Shown: piece after piece, positions 50,364 through 64,000 of the stretch | How positions within the stretch are numbered: the stretch's first letter is position 1 | Layout of the letters: each line of letters begins with the position of its first letter | Source: Candidatus Binatia bacterium | Lineage (GTDB): Bacteria; Desulfobacterota; Binatia; UBA9968; CAXXLF01 | Length of the DNA: 64,000 nucleotides | Assembly: GCA_963664015.2 (NCBI GenBank) | Contig: CAXXLF010000002.1 | Coordinates: forward strand, 1,888,001 to 1,952,000 | Direction of reading: 5' to 3' | Position numbers and translations under genes: made by a program | Notes under the pieces: model-generated | Told to the model about the DNA's origin: nothing | Seen by the model: the letters and a program-made list of their open reading frames with translations, nothing else | The model's database searches: none

Positions 50364-51137
50364 TCACTCCTTAGTCAACGGGGATACGGTGACCCCGGCC
50401 TGTGCGTCGGTTGTGCTATCGCCGGGAAAGGGCAAAGGGCTTTGCCTTTGGCTCTCTATCTCTGTGCGCACGCTTTCCATCAGTTCTTGTATGTTGCCCA
50501 CGCGATACTGGTTCATAGACTTTGGCTCACCCACGATCACGTCAATCTTTCCCTTTTGGACTCGCCAATCGCTCCGGGGCCAGATGTCGGCAGAACCGAT
50601 AATGGTGACCGGGACTACCGGAACTTGTGTCTTCAGGGCAAGCACGAATCCGCCTTTTTTGAACGGTAGCAGTTCTCCATGAGAGCTGCGGGTCCCTTCG
50701 GGGAAGATCACCACCGAAACCCCTTCCTTGATCCTCTTCTGGGCCTTCCTTAGGCTGGCTCTAGCCTTGGCGAGATTAAATCGATCCACGACGATATGTT
50801 TGGCACTCCACATAGCCCAGCCAAAGATAGGAATCCGAAGCAACTCTTTCTTGGCAATCCATCGCAGTTGAAAACCTGGAAGGGCTTGAATCATTGTCGG
50901 AATATCGATATAGCTCTGATGATTGGCGATGAAGATATATTGACGATGGGGATCCAGTCGCTCCAGACCATGCGCGCTTAGACGAATCCCCCCGATCTTG
51001 AGTATTCCCCAGGCCCAGTAAGTGACAACCCGGTTGGCAAGCCTTCCAGTGCGGTCGAAAGGGCCCAATGCAATGAGCACAATTCCTGTGGCGGTACTGA
51101 GCAGGCCTATAAGCGATAGCTTGAGGCTATAGGGCAT
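50364..51137 (-). CDS. plsC: 1-acyl-sn-glycerol-3-phosphate acyltransferase
   Basis: NHQSYID, FPEGTRS. Confidence 0.9.
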   Translation of the reverse strand: MPYSLKLSLIGLLSTATGIVLIALGPFDRTGRLANRVVTYWAWGILKIGGIRLSAHGLERLDPHRQYIFIANHQSYIDIPTMIQALPGFQLRWIAKKELLRIPIFGWAMWSAKHIVVDRFNLAKARASLRKAQKRIKEGVSVVIFPEGTRSSHGELLPFKKGGFVLALKTQVPVVPVTIIGSADIWPRSDWRVQKGKIDVIVGEPKSMNQYRVGNIQELMESVRTEIESQRQSPLPFPGDSTTDAQAGVTVSPLTKE

Positions 51138-51298
51138 TGAAGGGCTAAGGATTAGTTTAAAGTTTTAAGCAATTGTGGCAAGATACTTTAATCTATTGCC
51201 CGGAGAAAAGCAATAAAACCCAATTTTTTTATTGACTAGGGGGAGGGCCCGGGACTAATGTCACCTTTCCGTCAAGTGAAAAGGAACAGGAGAACGCC

Positions 51299-51739
51299 AT
51301 GTCGGTAAATAAGGTTATGCTCATCGGTAATCTGGGTAAAGACCCGGATGTTCGTTTTACTTCCAATGGGCGGGCGGTAGCCCGTTTTCCCGTTGCGACC
51401 TCGGAAGTATGGGTCGATGCGGAGGGGGTACGCCAGGAGAGGACCGAATGGCACAACATTGTTGTCTGGGGCAAGCAGGGAGAGACCTGTGGGCAATACC
51501 TGGCCAAGGGAAGGCAGGTATTCGTCGAGGGAAGCATACGTAGCCACTCCTATGACGACAAAAGTGGTGTCAAGCGGTACATGACCGAGATCGTGGCGCA
51601 GAGGGTTCGTTTCCTGGGTGGGGGTGGGGGAGCGCGTATAGCGCCGGAGGCAGAAAAGGCCTCGCAGTCGGAAGCGGCGCCGCAGGAGTCTCCCATGGCT
51701 GGTGACGCGCCACCCTTTGATGATGATATCCCCTTCTAA
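51299..51739 (+). CDS. ssb: Single-stranded DNA-binding protein
   Basis: VNKVMLIGNLGKDP, TEWH, C-terminal DDDIPF. Confidence 0.98.
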   Translation: MSVNKVMLIGNLGKDPDVRFTSNGRAVARFPVATSEVWVDAEGVRQERTEWHNIVVWGKQGETCGQYLAKGRQVFVEGSIRSHSYDDKSGVKRYMTEIVAQRVRFLGGGGGARIAPEAEKASQSEAAPQESPMAGDAPPFDDDIPF

Positions 51740-51821
51740 ACTATCATAGTCCTTCCCTAATCGATCCGCTGGGTGCTTCCTGGCGGACTCAGGCTGCGGA
51801 GAGACCTCCTCGGGGTCCCCG

Positions 51822-52799
51822 CTACACCACTCGATTTCTAAATTTGCCTCGGAGGAAGGCTCGCAGATTCGCGGCCACTTCCTTGATGAGACGCTCGCGG
51901 GCCTCAGCGGCAGTCCATGCGCAGTGGGGTGTTACCCATAGATTGTCCAACTCCCGGGCAGCCCTGAGGAGCGGGTTCTCATCTGAGGGGGGTTCTTCAG
52001 CGATAACATCCAGGGCGGCGCCGGCGCCTCTTTCTCTTCTCAACCACTGGATGAGGGCAGTTTCATCGACCAGTGCGCCTCGAGCCGTATTGACGAGTAA
52101 AGCGGTTGGCTTCATAAGGGCGAGCGTCCGGTTGTTCATGAGATTCCGTGTATGCGCCGTCAAAGGGCAGTGGAGCGTTACGATGTCCGATATCGCCAAG
52201 AGGTCCTTTAAGGGAAGCCGGTTTCCAGAGATGGAGTTCCCAGTACCCGGCCTCTGACACACACGTACGCGCATCCCCATCCCCCGGGCCATGCGGGCAA
52301 CGGCCATGCCGATATTGCCGTATCCGATAATACCAATTGTTTTGCCGTGGAGTTCCACAGACCGAAAATCCAGTCGCGTGAACATAGGGCTCTTCTGCCA
52401 CAGGCCTTGACGAACGATTTGCCCGTATTTGCCCGTATGAGTGGCCATCTCGAGGATCAACGCCATGGTGAATTGGGCCACGGCGTGAGTCGCGTATCCC
52501 GGGACGTTGCAGACTCCGATGCCCCGGCTCTTAGACATCTTGAGGTCCACCCTGTCCGTTCCGGTTGCCGCCACCGCAATCAGCTTGAGCTCCCGGGTCT
52601 CGGGCAGTTGGAGGAGTGATCGGTCTAGAGCAATCTTATTAATGACGATGGCTCGACATCCCTTTAACCGTTTGGCCACTTCATCTGGAGAGGAAAGCCT
52701 GTGGATAGTGCAATCCCAATGGGTCTTGAAGCGGTCCAAGGAGGTATCTCCGAAGGTGGCGGCGTCTAAAAAGACCAGACGTGGTCGGGTTGGATTCAT
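51822..52799 (-). CDS. D-2-hydroxyacid dehydrogenase (glycerate dehydrogenase-like)
   Basis: GIIGYGNIG, LHCPLT, NTARG, TPHCAW. Confidence 0.92.
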   Translation of the reverse strand: MNPTRPRLVFLDAATFGDTSLDRFKTHWDCTIHRLSSPDEVAKRLKGCRAIVINKIALDRSLLQLPETRELKLIAVAATGTDRVDLKMSKSRGIGVCNVPGYATHAVAQFTMALILEMATHTGKYGQIVRQGLWQKSPMFTRLDFRSVELHGKTIGIIGYGNIGMAVARMARGMGMRVRVCQRPGTGNSISGNRLPLKDLLAISDIVTLHCPLTAHTRNLMNNRTLALMKPTALLVNTARGALVDETALIQWLRRERGAGAALDVIAEEPPSDENPLLRAARELDNLWVTPHCAWTAAEARERLIKEVAANLRAFLRGKFRNRVV

Positions 52800-52905
52800 G
52801 TTATAAGTCCCTCACCGAATCTTAATGCAACGTCGTCGATCCTGTCCAGCTCCGTCCTTTATGAAGATCATTGACCCAGTGACGAAAAGCCATTAGCTTT
52901 TTTGC

Positions 52906-53547
52906 ATGACCTTTCCGCTGGCGTTTATCATGGGTTTCGCTGTGGCCTCGCTACCGGGTCCGATCCTCGTCTTGATCGCTTCCGAAACACTGCGCAAAGG
53001 ACCCGTCTCCGGCATCCTGACCCTGACGGCACCACTCCTCGTTGACGCCCTTGTTATTCTGCCCGCAGTGTTATTCCTGCAGGTACCGTTGGTCCAGGGG
53101 AGCGGATGGGGTGTGCTGGGGTTGATCGGTGCCGCTTTACTGGTGTGGTTGGGCCTGCAATCTATGGGGGGGAATGGGGAGCAGACCGGCGGTGGCCCCA
53201 AGCCCACCAAGCCAACATGGGCATGGAGACGCCGAGAAATCCATTCTTTCTTAAAAGGTATATTGGCCCATTTGACCAACCCCTACCCCTATATCTACTG
53301 GGGTACCGTAGGGGTGATCTTTGTGCGGCAGGGTATGGAAGAAGGCGGGGTGCCGAGCGCGTTACTTTTTCCCCTGGGTTTTTGGTCCGGCGCCGGGACC
53401 CTCAACCTTTTAGTCGTCTTTGTCTCGGCAAGGGGCAGACAACTTCTCTCTCCCCGTTGGGTGCCGTATCTCCATCGTTTCTCTGGAATTGTTTTAATCG
53501 GATGCGCGATGTTGATCGGCATCAAGGCCTGGATCGGCCTTTTTTGA
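52906..53547 (+). CDS. LysE-family exporter
   Basis: PGP near the N-terminus, LTNPY, about six TM segments. Confidence 0.85.
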   Translation: MTFPLAFIMGFAVASLPGPILVLIASETLRKGPVSGILTLTAPLLVDALVILPAVLFLQVPLVQGSGWGVLGLIGAALLVWLGLQSMGGNGEQTGGGPKPTKPTWAWRRREIHSFLKGILAHLTNPYPYIYWGTVGVIFVRQGMEEGGVPSALLFPLGFWSGAGTLNLLVVFVSARGRQLLSPRWVPYLHRFSGIVLIGCAMLIGIKAWIGLF

Positions 53548-54400
53548 CGCTCCTTTTTCGCTTCGACGCGGTGCTCGGACTCGAAAGAGGCTTTTTTCCC
53601 ATGGTCGAGCGGTTTTTCTTAGCGACTTTCCATAGAGCGTCTAAATCATCGGCGGAGCTTTCCAATATGGTCTTGCCGCGGTTGCGGATATCCTTTTCCA
53701 GATAGTGAAAACGTTCAACGAATCGATCCAGACTCTGTGTCAATGCCTCTTCGGCCTCAAACTTGAGGAAACGAGATAGACTGACCAGGGTAAGGAGGAC
53801 GTCACCTAGCTCTGACATCACCCGGTCTTTGCGCCGTGAGGCGATGGCCATGCGCAGTTCGCCCAATTCTTCTTCAACCTTATCCCATACATGTTTTGTC
53901 TCGGTCCAATCAAACCCCAGGTGGGCTGCCCGTTCGCCTACGCGTTGGGCTCGCATAAGGGCAGGCATTTCTTTGGGTAGTTTTCCCAAGGGGGAGGAGT
54001 TCTCTTTGTCTTTCCTTTCCTGGGCCTTTGCCTTGACCCAATTCCGCAACACGGACTGGGAGTCTGGTAGATAACTGTCGGAAAAGACATGCGGGTGTCG
54101 TCGAATCAGTTTTTCCCGAAGATGGGTCAGAACGTTTACTACGTCGAAGCGATCCTGTTCCGAAGCGATCTGGCAGTGGAAGAGGATTTGCAGCAACACG
54201 TCCCCCAGCTCTTCTTCCATCTCTTTCGGGTCTTCTCCGTCAATAGCCTCGAGGAGTTCATAGGCCTCTTCAACAAGAAACGGCTTGAGAGACCGGTGGC
54301 TTTGTTCCCTGTCCCAGGGGCAGCCGTTCTCGCCGCGAAGTCGAGCCATAATTTGAACCAGATCGGCGAACGCTTCTCCCACGTCCTTCTCATGTTTCAT
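53522..54400 (-). CDS. mazG: Nucleoside triphosphate pyrophosphohydrolase
   Basis: GCPWDREQ, EEAYE, EELGD, RRHPHVF; second domain GFDW..EE..ELGD. Confidence 0.96.
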   Translation of the reverse strand: MKHEKDVGEAFADLVQIMARLRGENGCPWDREQSHRSLKPFLVEEAYELLEAIDGEDPKEMEEELGDVLLQILFHCQIASEQDRFDVVNVLTHLREKLIRRHPHVFSDSYLPDSQSVLRNWVKAKAQERKDKENSSPLGKLPKEMPALMRAQRVGERAAHLGFDWTETKHVWDKVEEELGELRMAIASRRKDRVMSELGDVLLTLVSLSRFLKFEAEEALTQSLDRFVERFHYLEKDIRNRGKTILESSADDLDALWKVAKKNRSTMGKKPLSSPSTASKRKRSVKKGRSRP

Positions 54401-54686
54401 AGGTTACCTCTGATGTTTTCACTCATTTCTATATTTACGCAGGCTTGGCGAGCACTGCAACGAAATTGATCCAAACACAGCAAATTCCTTTACCGGTTTC
54501 AAATAAGCTGGGGACCTGTCTCAAGGGGCCCATGGCCCAGCCACGGGAGGTTCGAGCGTGAGACACCATAAGCCCAAGATGTTCGCTCACCAAAAACAAT
54601 TGAGGATAATAATCACCCATTAGGCATATTTCTTGGCACCTCCAAAGCATTAACTGAGTTCGAAATTTCAAAGGAGGAATAGTTCC

Positions 54687-54902
54687 ATGGAGAGGAAAGT
54701 AGATATTAAAGGGCGCGGGGTAAAGGTTTATAGGGTCAATGGCTATGACAATGCCTGGTGCAGTGATCCTCAATTGGCGCGGCAAATTGGGTACAGACGG
54801 CAACAGTTGCTACGCGAGTTGAAGTCATCCGCTCAGGATATTGTAAACCTGACGGAGCAGGACTTTTTCAACGAGCAGATGCCTGAAGAAAATGCCGCTT
54901 AG
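54687..54902 (+). CDS. Small hypothetical protein (71 aa)
   Basis: Strong RBS AAGGAGG; candidate sigma54 site TTGGCACCTCCAAAGCA at 54633-54649. Confidence 0.6.
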   Translation: MERKVDIKGRGVKVYRVNGYDNAWCSDPQLARQIGYRRQQLLRELKSSAQDIVNLTEQDFFNEQMPEENAA

Positions 54903-55703
54903 GCAGCGGTGGCACTGTTAAACAGTTTCGGTCTTTGGCCAATAATGTTCCATCGAGTCCCTTAGCTCGTGGGAGCCAACTGCCCTGCAAGGCCCAAAAA
55001 TTCCTTGTTGGTCAGGTTTGAGACTCCGTGACTAAATTGAGTCTCCTGTCTCTCGGGCTGCAAATTGCCTGCTGAACGCACGCGACAAGCAAATTTCTGG
55101 CGGGATCTCATAAAAACCATCTATATTACACCCAGAACACGCCGGGCGTGTGCCCAAGCTACTAAATTCATTGATTTTATTTGCCTTCGGGCCATTCCGA
55201 ATAGTGTAGGGTCGAACCTTTTAACCATCGAGCCCTTCCATCCGTTGCGACAAAATTCGTAATCTCCTCTGTTCAAGTTCAAAATTTCGGTATCGGAAGC
55301 CATCTCCAAGCGTATTCCGTCCCCCCCCCCAATAGTGTTGGTGGCACCGAGTTTCGTGCTTGGTTCCCTGGGCTAGCCTATTAGCCGATCGCCTAATTAG
55401 GGGGCTAGTGTAGAAACGCAGGCCGTTCCGGTTCCACCGAGACAAGATTTAGTGGAGGGTTATCGCGGCAGGGCCTTGAAAACAGCGGGGGCATCGGCTA
55501 ATTACGGAACTTTTTTGCGGCACCGGGATGTTAATGGGTCAACCGAGGGAAAAGGGCCGGTGAAAAGGCACTGGAATCATAGGCCTTTTTATGGATTTAC
55601 TTTTTGTTTTTTCTGTCATAGGCTCACTCGCGGTCTTCCTTGTGGTATGGGAACTCTATAACCTGAACCTGTGAAACCAGGGAAAGGGAAAGGTGAAGCG
55701 GCA

Positions 55704-55889
55704 ATGTCAGACGAAATAACTTTTGACTATACCATTTGTGGCGAGCACTCGGAAAAGCTCGCCCTGGGCGGAATCACCGTTCCCTCGTCGGTCATGCGAC
55801 CCATGAGCACATGCCCGTCCTGCGGTCCAATCCATTGGGAGATCCTGCAGGTTTGCAAGGAAATCACCATCGGTAGCTATCTCAACTAA
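55704..55889 (+). CDS. Small putative zinc-binding protein (61 aa)
   Basis: TICGEH and CPSC motifs; purine-rich leader. Confidence 0.4.
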   Translation: MSDEITFDYTICGEHSEKLALGGITVPSSVMRPMSTCPSCGPIHWEILQVCKEITIGSYLN

Positions 55890-56404
55890 TCGCTCTTGAA
55901 ACCGTCTAGTAGCGTCAGTGGTAGCAGCGCTGCCTTCCTTTAAATGGGCTCCCCCTGGACCCAGGTCGGCCTGATATCCCCATAATTGTTGGCTATCCCA
56001 GCGATAACAGAGGTCACGTGACTTGTTGTCGATACGTGGAATTCCTAAAGCCCCGGTGGCTTAATGGCCATGAACTTCGGCCAAGACTCATAAACTGGTC
56101 CCGGTGGGAACTTTCTCTGCCGCCATTTTTGTTTACAAGCTTAAGGACCATAGAAAGTAGGACTTATGAGAACCCCAGGTGCAATCTTAGCCGGTTTTTT
56201 CCTGATCGTGACACTAGTCGCTAGCGTCTCTATTGCCAGCGCCTTCCAGTGGCATGATGAAGACGTCGAGACAACCGTATTTGATCCGACCGATAACGTT
56301 CATAGGCCATAGCCAACCCCCTTGACCCGCTTGCCAGGTACATAATCTCAGTTCACCCTACACCTTAACCGATTCTCCTTTCTTAGATTAGATTGCTCGT
56401 CGTG

Positions 56405-56657
56405 TTTATCCGCCTTTGCACAAGACCATAGGCGGTTTCCCCGATGTCCCGTTGATGGAGGAGATCGCCTTCTCCCGGCTGCTAAAGGAAAAGGGCCGAG
56501 TCGCCTGCCTTCGAAGTCCAGGTGGTCACCTCGTCCCACCGATGGGAACAGGAGGGGGGCCTGGCGCACTATCATCAAAATGTGGTGGATTAGAGTTCTG
56601 TTTTTGAGCAGCATTTCTCCAGCCGACCTTAAGCGCTTTTATAGCAATACACGATGA
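56405..56657 (+). pseudogene. C-terminal remnant of a family 2 glycosyltransferase (TIGR04283-like)
   Basis: GGFPDVPLMEEIAFSRLLK, then after a frameshift VVTSSHRWEQEGAWRTIIKMW...LKRFY. Confidence 0.72.
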
Positions 56658-56908
56658 CGGAAGGTTAGAAGGGGGTGTGGTTGATGTTGCCAATTTGGGC
56701 GGTCAATCACTGCATTTTCCGAAAACTCATCAAACAATGTTTTAATAACTCAGTAGCAGCCTGTTTTTTCTACGTCTTTTTTGCCGCCAATTGCCGTCTC
56801 TGGCCATCTTCTGCCTTCCAGGCACTTTTAATGTGGTTGAAGGGGATCCCGTGCTTTATTTCCTTTACTATCATCCTCAATCCCGCTATAATTAATTCGC
56901 TCTCATAA

Positions 56909-59390
<2,482 letters not shown>

Positions 59391-59402
59391 ATCTGAAAAA
59401 CT

Positions 59403-59446
59403 GTTTAAACGGTTCAAGGCGTTCAATAAGTTCAATGCGATTTGAG
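59403..59446 (+). repeat. 9-bp periodic GTTCAA repeat between gyrB and gyrA
   Basis: GTTTAAACG-GTTCAAGGC-GTTCAATAA-GTTCAATGC. Confidence 0.65.
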
Positions 59447-59472
59447 CCAGTAGCCCTTTATATGTAGTGCAT

Positions 59473-61927
59473 ATGGAAGCCACCCTGAAACAGCAGAAAG
59501 TCCCCGTTTACATAGAAGACGAGATGCGCCAGTCCTATATGGACTACGCCATGAGCGTCATTGTCGGACGAGCATTGCCCGATGTGCGGGACGGACTTAA
59601 ACCGGTCCACCGCCGGGTTCTGTACGCCATGTACGATATGAGCAACAACTGGGACAAACCCTATAAAAAGTCTGCTCGTGTCGTCGGCGATGTCATCGGT
59701 AAGTATCATCCCCACGGGGACGTGGCAGTTTACGATACCATCGTACGCATGGCCCAGGACTTTTCCCTGCGCTACCTGCTGGTAGATGGGCAGGGGAATT
59801 TCGGCTCCGTGGACGGGGATCCGCCGGCTGCCATGCGGTATACGGAAATTCGCATGACCCGATTGGCCGAGGAGATCCTGGCCGATCTCGATAATGACAC
59901 CGTCGATTTCGTTCCCAATTACGACGATTCGCTGGGAGAACCCTCCGCTCTCCCCTCCCGCATACCCAACCTTTTGGTCAATGGGTCATCCGGGATCGCC
60001 GTTGGCATGGCGACCAATATCCCCCCACACAATCTTTCCGAGGTTATAGACGGCTTGATTGCAATGGTGGGGGAACCGGACATCACCGTCGACGAGCTCA
60101 TGAAACATATTCCCGGGCCCGACTTCCCCACCGGCGCTTTCATTCACGGCCGCGAAAACGATTCGCCAGGCCTACAGAGAGGGGCGTGGCGCGATTCAGA
60201 TGCGCGCCAAACTCTTTACCGAAACCGTCAAGCGGACCGGTAAAGAGCAGATCGTCGTTCGTGAGATTCCCTTCATGGTGAATAAGGCCCGTCTGATCGA
60301 ACAGATTGCGCACCTCGTGCAAGAAAAGAAGATTGAAGGCATTTCCGATCTGCGCGACGAGTCCGACCGTGAAGGGATGCGGGTGGTCATTGAACTCAAG
60401 CGGGACGCCGTTGCAGAGGTGATCATCAATCAACTCTATAAGCACACTGCCCTGCAGGATTCGTTCGGGGCGAACATGCTTGCCATTGTCGACGGGCGGC
60501 CCAAACTGCTCAATCTGAGAGACGCCCTCAAGCACTTTTTGGATTTCCGTAAAGAGGTGGTAACGCGGCGTACCGCCTATGAGCTACGTAAGGCTGAGGA
60601 ACGCCTCCACATCCTGGAGGGTATGAAGATTGCCCTGGACCATCTGGATGAAGTCATTACGCTCATACGTCAGTCCCAGGATCCTAGGGAAGCCAAGGCG
60701 GGCTTGATGACCCAATTCGGATTGTCAGAGATCCAGGCCCAGGCGATCCTTGATATGCGGCTGCAGAGGTTAACCGGGCTGGAAAGGGAAAAGGTAATCA
60801 AAGAACATGAGGAGGTCACCCAGCTTATCGCCAAGCTGCGCGGGATCCTGGACGATGAGAAAGAAGTGTATCGGATTGTCGTTGAAGAGTTATTGGAAGT
60901 GAAAGAGAAATACGGGGACGCTCGTAGGACCGAGATCGTGGAGCGATCGGAAGATATCTCTGTTGAAGACTTGATCGTTGATGAGGAAATGGTGGTCACT
61001 ATTTCTCACGAAGGCTACATTAAGCGCAATCCGGTGACCCTCTACCGGGCACAGCGACGGGGGGGTAAGGGGAAAGTGGGTACCACGACGCGAGAAGAGG
61101 ACTTCGTCGAACATCTGTTCGTTGGCTCTACCCATTCCCAAATCCTATTTTTCACTACCGTGGGCAAGGTCTACTGGATCAAGGTGCACGAACTGCCTCA
61201 GGCGGGTCGTGCGGCGCGGGGGCGGGCCATTGTCAACGTCCTTCAGCTTCAGGAAGGAGAAAAAATTTCCGCCTTTCTGCCTGTCCGCGAGTTCCAACCG
61301 GATCGCTTTATCGTATTTGCGACGAAAAAAGGAGCCGTTAAAAAAACCGAACTATTAGCCTATTCCCATCCCCGTGCTACTGGGATTCGAGCCATTGCCC
61401 TGGACGACGACGATGAAGTCATGGGGGTACGTTTGACCGATGGCCAACAGGAAGTTCTGCTCTCGTCCCTGAACGGTCAGTCCATTCGCTTCAAAGAAGA
61501 GCAGGTCCGGGCCACGGGGCGGGGGACCTACGGTGTGGCGGGGATCAATCTGGATAAGGAGGACCGGGTGGTGAGCATTGAGATCCTTAGCCAGGAAGCC
61601 AGTATCCTGACCGTGGCCGAGAAAGGCTATGGTAAACGTACCGAGGTCGCCGAGTATCGGCTGCAGACCCGTGGAGGTAAGGGCATTATTACCATGAAGA
61701 CCACCGACCGTACGGGTCAGGTTATCGGGGTGCAGCAGGTCACCAACGATGATGAGCTGATGATGGTGTCGAACAAGGGCAAGATTATTCGCCTCAGAAT
61801 GAAAGACATCAATGTCATTGGGCGTAACACCCAGGGGGTCCGTCTCATTGATGTGGAAGGGGATGAGCGGGTGGTCTCTGTCGCACGCCTCGCGGAGCAG
61901 GAAGAAGACAGTGAGGTGGAACAGTAG
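59473..61927 (+). CDS. gyrA: DNA gyrase subunit A (one +1 frameshift in A4 at 60155-60158, probably a sequence error)
   Basis: [29 protein letters not shown], GyrA box QRRGGKG. Confidence 0.95.
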
Positions 61928-62039
61928 GTTTGTCGGTAATCTCAGTGGCGCGTGATCGTTCCTGTGCTCTTGACTTGCTTAACGTCGGCGGAGGCCGGCT
62001 GGTGGATCTACGATTAACCAACCGCCCCAGAGGAGAATC

Positions 62040-63050
62040 ATGGCGGGGGCCATAGGAATTATTGGTGCCGGTGGCTGGGGAACGGCGCTAGCCAAACTGC
62101 TCTGTGGAAAGGGGGATCACGACGTCACCCTTTGGTGTCACGGAGAAGAGACCTTCCGGCAAATTCGTAGCCAATCGGAGAACGTCACCTACCTGGCCGG
62201 CATCCAGCTACCCCAACAACTTAAGGTCACCCGGAACCTGGAGGAGGGTCTATCCGGAAAGGATCTGTTGCTCTTTGTCATCCCTTCCCACTGGGTGCGT
62301 GAAGTCTTGCAAGGGACGCAAAAACACTTGGCTCCTAGGACGACTCTGGTTTGCGCGACGAAGGGTATCGAGGAGGGAAGTCTCCTAACCATGGGCGAGG
62401 TCTTTTTAGATCTCTACGGTAAAAAAATTAAAAAAGACCTTGCCTTTCTTTCGGGCCCCAGTTTTGCCGAGGAGGTGGGACAGGGGCTCCCAGCCGCCAT
62501 AACCCTGGCGGCCTATCATGGAGAAGTGGTCAAGGGGGCGCAGGGAATTCTGAGTACGCAGAGCTTCAGGGTCTATACATCCTTGGACGTCATAGGGGTG
62601 CAGATGGGAGGGGTGGTCAAGAATATCATCGCCATCGCCGCTGGAATTAGTGATGGGTTAAAGTTGGGCGGTAATGCTCGGGCTGCCTTGATGACACGGG
62701 GGTTGGCCGAAATGACCCGCCTGGCCACACGGATGGGTGCGGACCCGTTGACACTTTCCGGGCTGCCCGGCTTGGGAGACCTGATTCTGACCTGTACCGG
62801 AGACTTGAGTCGCAATCGTAAAATAGGGTTGGAAATCGCCAAGGGGCGGAAAATTAAAGACATTCTTTCGGGGATGAAGATGGTCGCCGAGGGGGTCCGC
62901 AATACCCGGTCCGTGCGTGAGTTGGCTCAAAAGCACGGCGTTGAGATGCCCATTGTTGAGCAAATGTGTTTCGTGCTATACGAAGGGAAAGACCCTATGA
63001 CCGCAGTGCGCGACCTTATGCAGCGCTCGCTCAAGGCCGAACTCCCCTGA
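62040..63050 (+). CDS. gpsA: NAD(P)H-dependent glycerol-3-phosphate dehydrogenase
   Basis: GAGGWGTALA, TKGIE, SGPSFA, KNIIAIAAG, GDLILTC...SRN. Confidence 0.96.
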   Translation: MAGAIGIIGAGGWGTALAKLLCGKGDHDVTLWCHGEETFRQIRSQSENVTYLAGIQLPQQLKVTRNLEEGLSGKDLLLFVIPSHWVREVLQGTQKHLAPRTTLVCATKGIEEGSLLTMGEVFLDLYGKKIKKDLAFLSGPSFAEEVGQGLPAAITLAAYHGEVVKGAQGILSTQSFRVYTSLDVIGVQMGGVVKNIIAIAAGISDGLKLGGNARAALMTRGLAEMTRLATRMGADPLTLSGLPGLGDLILTCTGDLSRNRKIGLEIAKGRKIKDILSGMKMVAEGVRNTRSVRELAQKHGVEMPIVEQMCFVLYEGKDPMTAVRDLMQRSLKAELP

Positions 63051-63155
63051 TCCATTGGTTCCCTGGAAACTATCCCAGAGAGAACAAAATTGACAAGGGT
63101 AAAACTCTATGGTTGAAATAGAGTTCTGTTTATTAAAATTGATTGAGGAATTGAC

Positions 63156-63317
63156 ATGAAGCGGACCTATCAGCCAAGCAATATCAGACGGAAGAGGAGC
63201 CACGGGTTCCGGGCACGAATGGCCACACCCGGTGGAAAGAAGGTTCTGAAGCAGAGAAGGGCAAAGGGCCGTAAGCGACTTAGTGTTACGGTTCCACCAA
63301 AACGGGCTCGTTCATAG
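63156..63317 (+). CDS. rpmH: 50S ribosomal protein L34 (53 aa; below the ORF-track cutoff)
   Basis: [33 protein letters not shown]. Confidence 0.97.
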   Translation: MKRTYQPSNIRRKRSHGFRARMATPGGKKVLKQRRAKGRKRLSVTVPPKRARS

Positions 63318-63331
63318 AGCGGAGCGCCACC

Positions 63332-63682
63332 TTGTTGCAGGGCCGGGCAAAGTTCCCCAAGAGGGCCCGCATTAAGAAACGTTCCGAGTTCCTTAGCATC
63401 TCGCGTCAGGGGAGAAAAGTTACCAGCCCCCACTTTATTGTTATCAGCAACCCCAACGATAGTGACGCCAATAGGCTTGGTGTTACGGTCAGTGCAAGGG
63501 TAGGGGGGGCGGTCGTCCGCAATCGGATCAAGAGACTCCTACGTGAGTTTTTTCGCACCCGACAAAACTCCCTGTTGGTCCATCGGGATCTCCTCATCAT
63601 CGCCCGAAAGGGGGCCGGAGAGCTGTCCCAGGTTGAGGTAACCCGTGAGCTGGAGAAAGCTTTCGTCCGCCCGTGGAGTTAG
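63332..63682 (+). CDS. rnpA: Ribonuclease P protein component
   Basis: RLGVTVS, AVVRNRIKRLLRE. Confidence 0.95.
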   Translation: MLQGRAKFPKRARIKKRSEFLSISRQGRKVTSPHFIVISNPNDSDANRLGVTVSARVGGAVVRNRIKRLLREFFRTRQNSLLVHRDLLIIARKGAGELSQVEVTRELEKAFVRPWS

Positions 63683-63687
63683 CGAGC

Positions 63688-63909
63688 ATGACCGATTGGG
63701 GCAAGAGGGGAGTTATCCTTTTACTTTCAACATATCGCTGTTACCTGTCTCCCGCTTTACCGCCGTCCTGTCGATTCTTCCCAAGTTGTTCCGCCTATAC
63801 GCTTGAGGCCGTAGTCCGGCACGGTTGCTTAAAGGGTCTTGGGCTAGGCTTGAACCGCCTGCTTCGCTGTCATCCATTCAATCGTGGTGGAGTCGATCCG
63901 GTTCCTTAG
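63688..63909 (+). CDS. yidD: Membrane protein insertion efficiency factor
   Basis: CRFFPSCSAY, RLLRCHPF..GGVDPVP. Confidence 0.95.
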   Translation: MTDWGKRGVILLLSTYRCYLSPALPPSCRFFPSCSAYTLEAVVRHGCLKGLGLGLNRLLRCHPFNRGGVDPVP

Positions 63910-63918
63910 ATAATTCCT

Positions 63919-64000
63919 ATGGAAAAACGTGCCCTCATCGCGATTGTCCTTTCCGTTCTAATCCTTGTGCTCTACCAGGAGTGGTCAGGGCGCTTCTACC
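63919..64000 (+). CDS. yidC: Membrane protein insertase YidC, N-terminus (truncated by the window edge)
   Basis: MEKRALIAIVLSVLILVLYQ directly after yidD. Confidence 0.85.
   Translation, partial: MEKRALIAIVLSVLILVLYQEWSGRFY

Overview
A 64 kb bacterial chromosomal window, GC-rich. Gene content and order suggest a deltaproteobacterial-type lineage such as Ca. Binatia (inference). Housekeeping genes: speA, long two-domain thyX, prmA-rsmE, gshB, tRNA-Phe, proC, dksA, rnj-ftsK-lolA, plsC, ssb, mazG, gyrB-gyrA-gpsA and rpmH-rnpA-yidD-yidC. These surround an accessory tract downstream of tRNA-Phe that holds many decayed catabolic genes: three broken Rieske oxygenases (one fused to a kbl fragment), a broken E1-alpha and a broken hydrolase; broken GspG-like pilin and NSS transporter genes lie further on. 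The most interesting items are: (1) a family of polar, modular intergenic repeat mosaics with covarying hairpin cores and nested mini-insertions, found at six main loci plus a related one at 25.9 kb; (2) an intact bicupin + EutA-like ATPase operon with no B12 enzyme in the window; (3) a KS-alpha/FabF-like ketosynthase sitting where a type III PKS usually sits, in a translationally coupled KS-methyltransferase-FAD oxidoreductase cassette; (4) a hidden UxxC (TGA) peroxiredoxin-like candidate selenoprotein. Single-base homopolymer frameshifts in gyrB and gyrA indicate that the assembly contains indel errors, so isolated frameshifts should be treated with caution.
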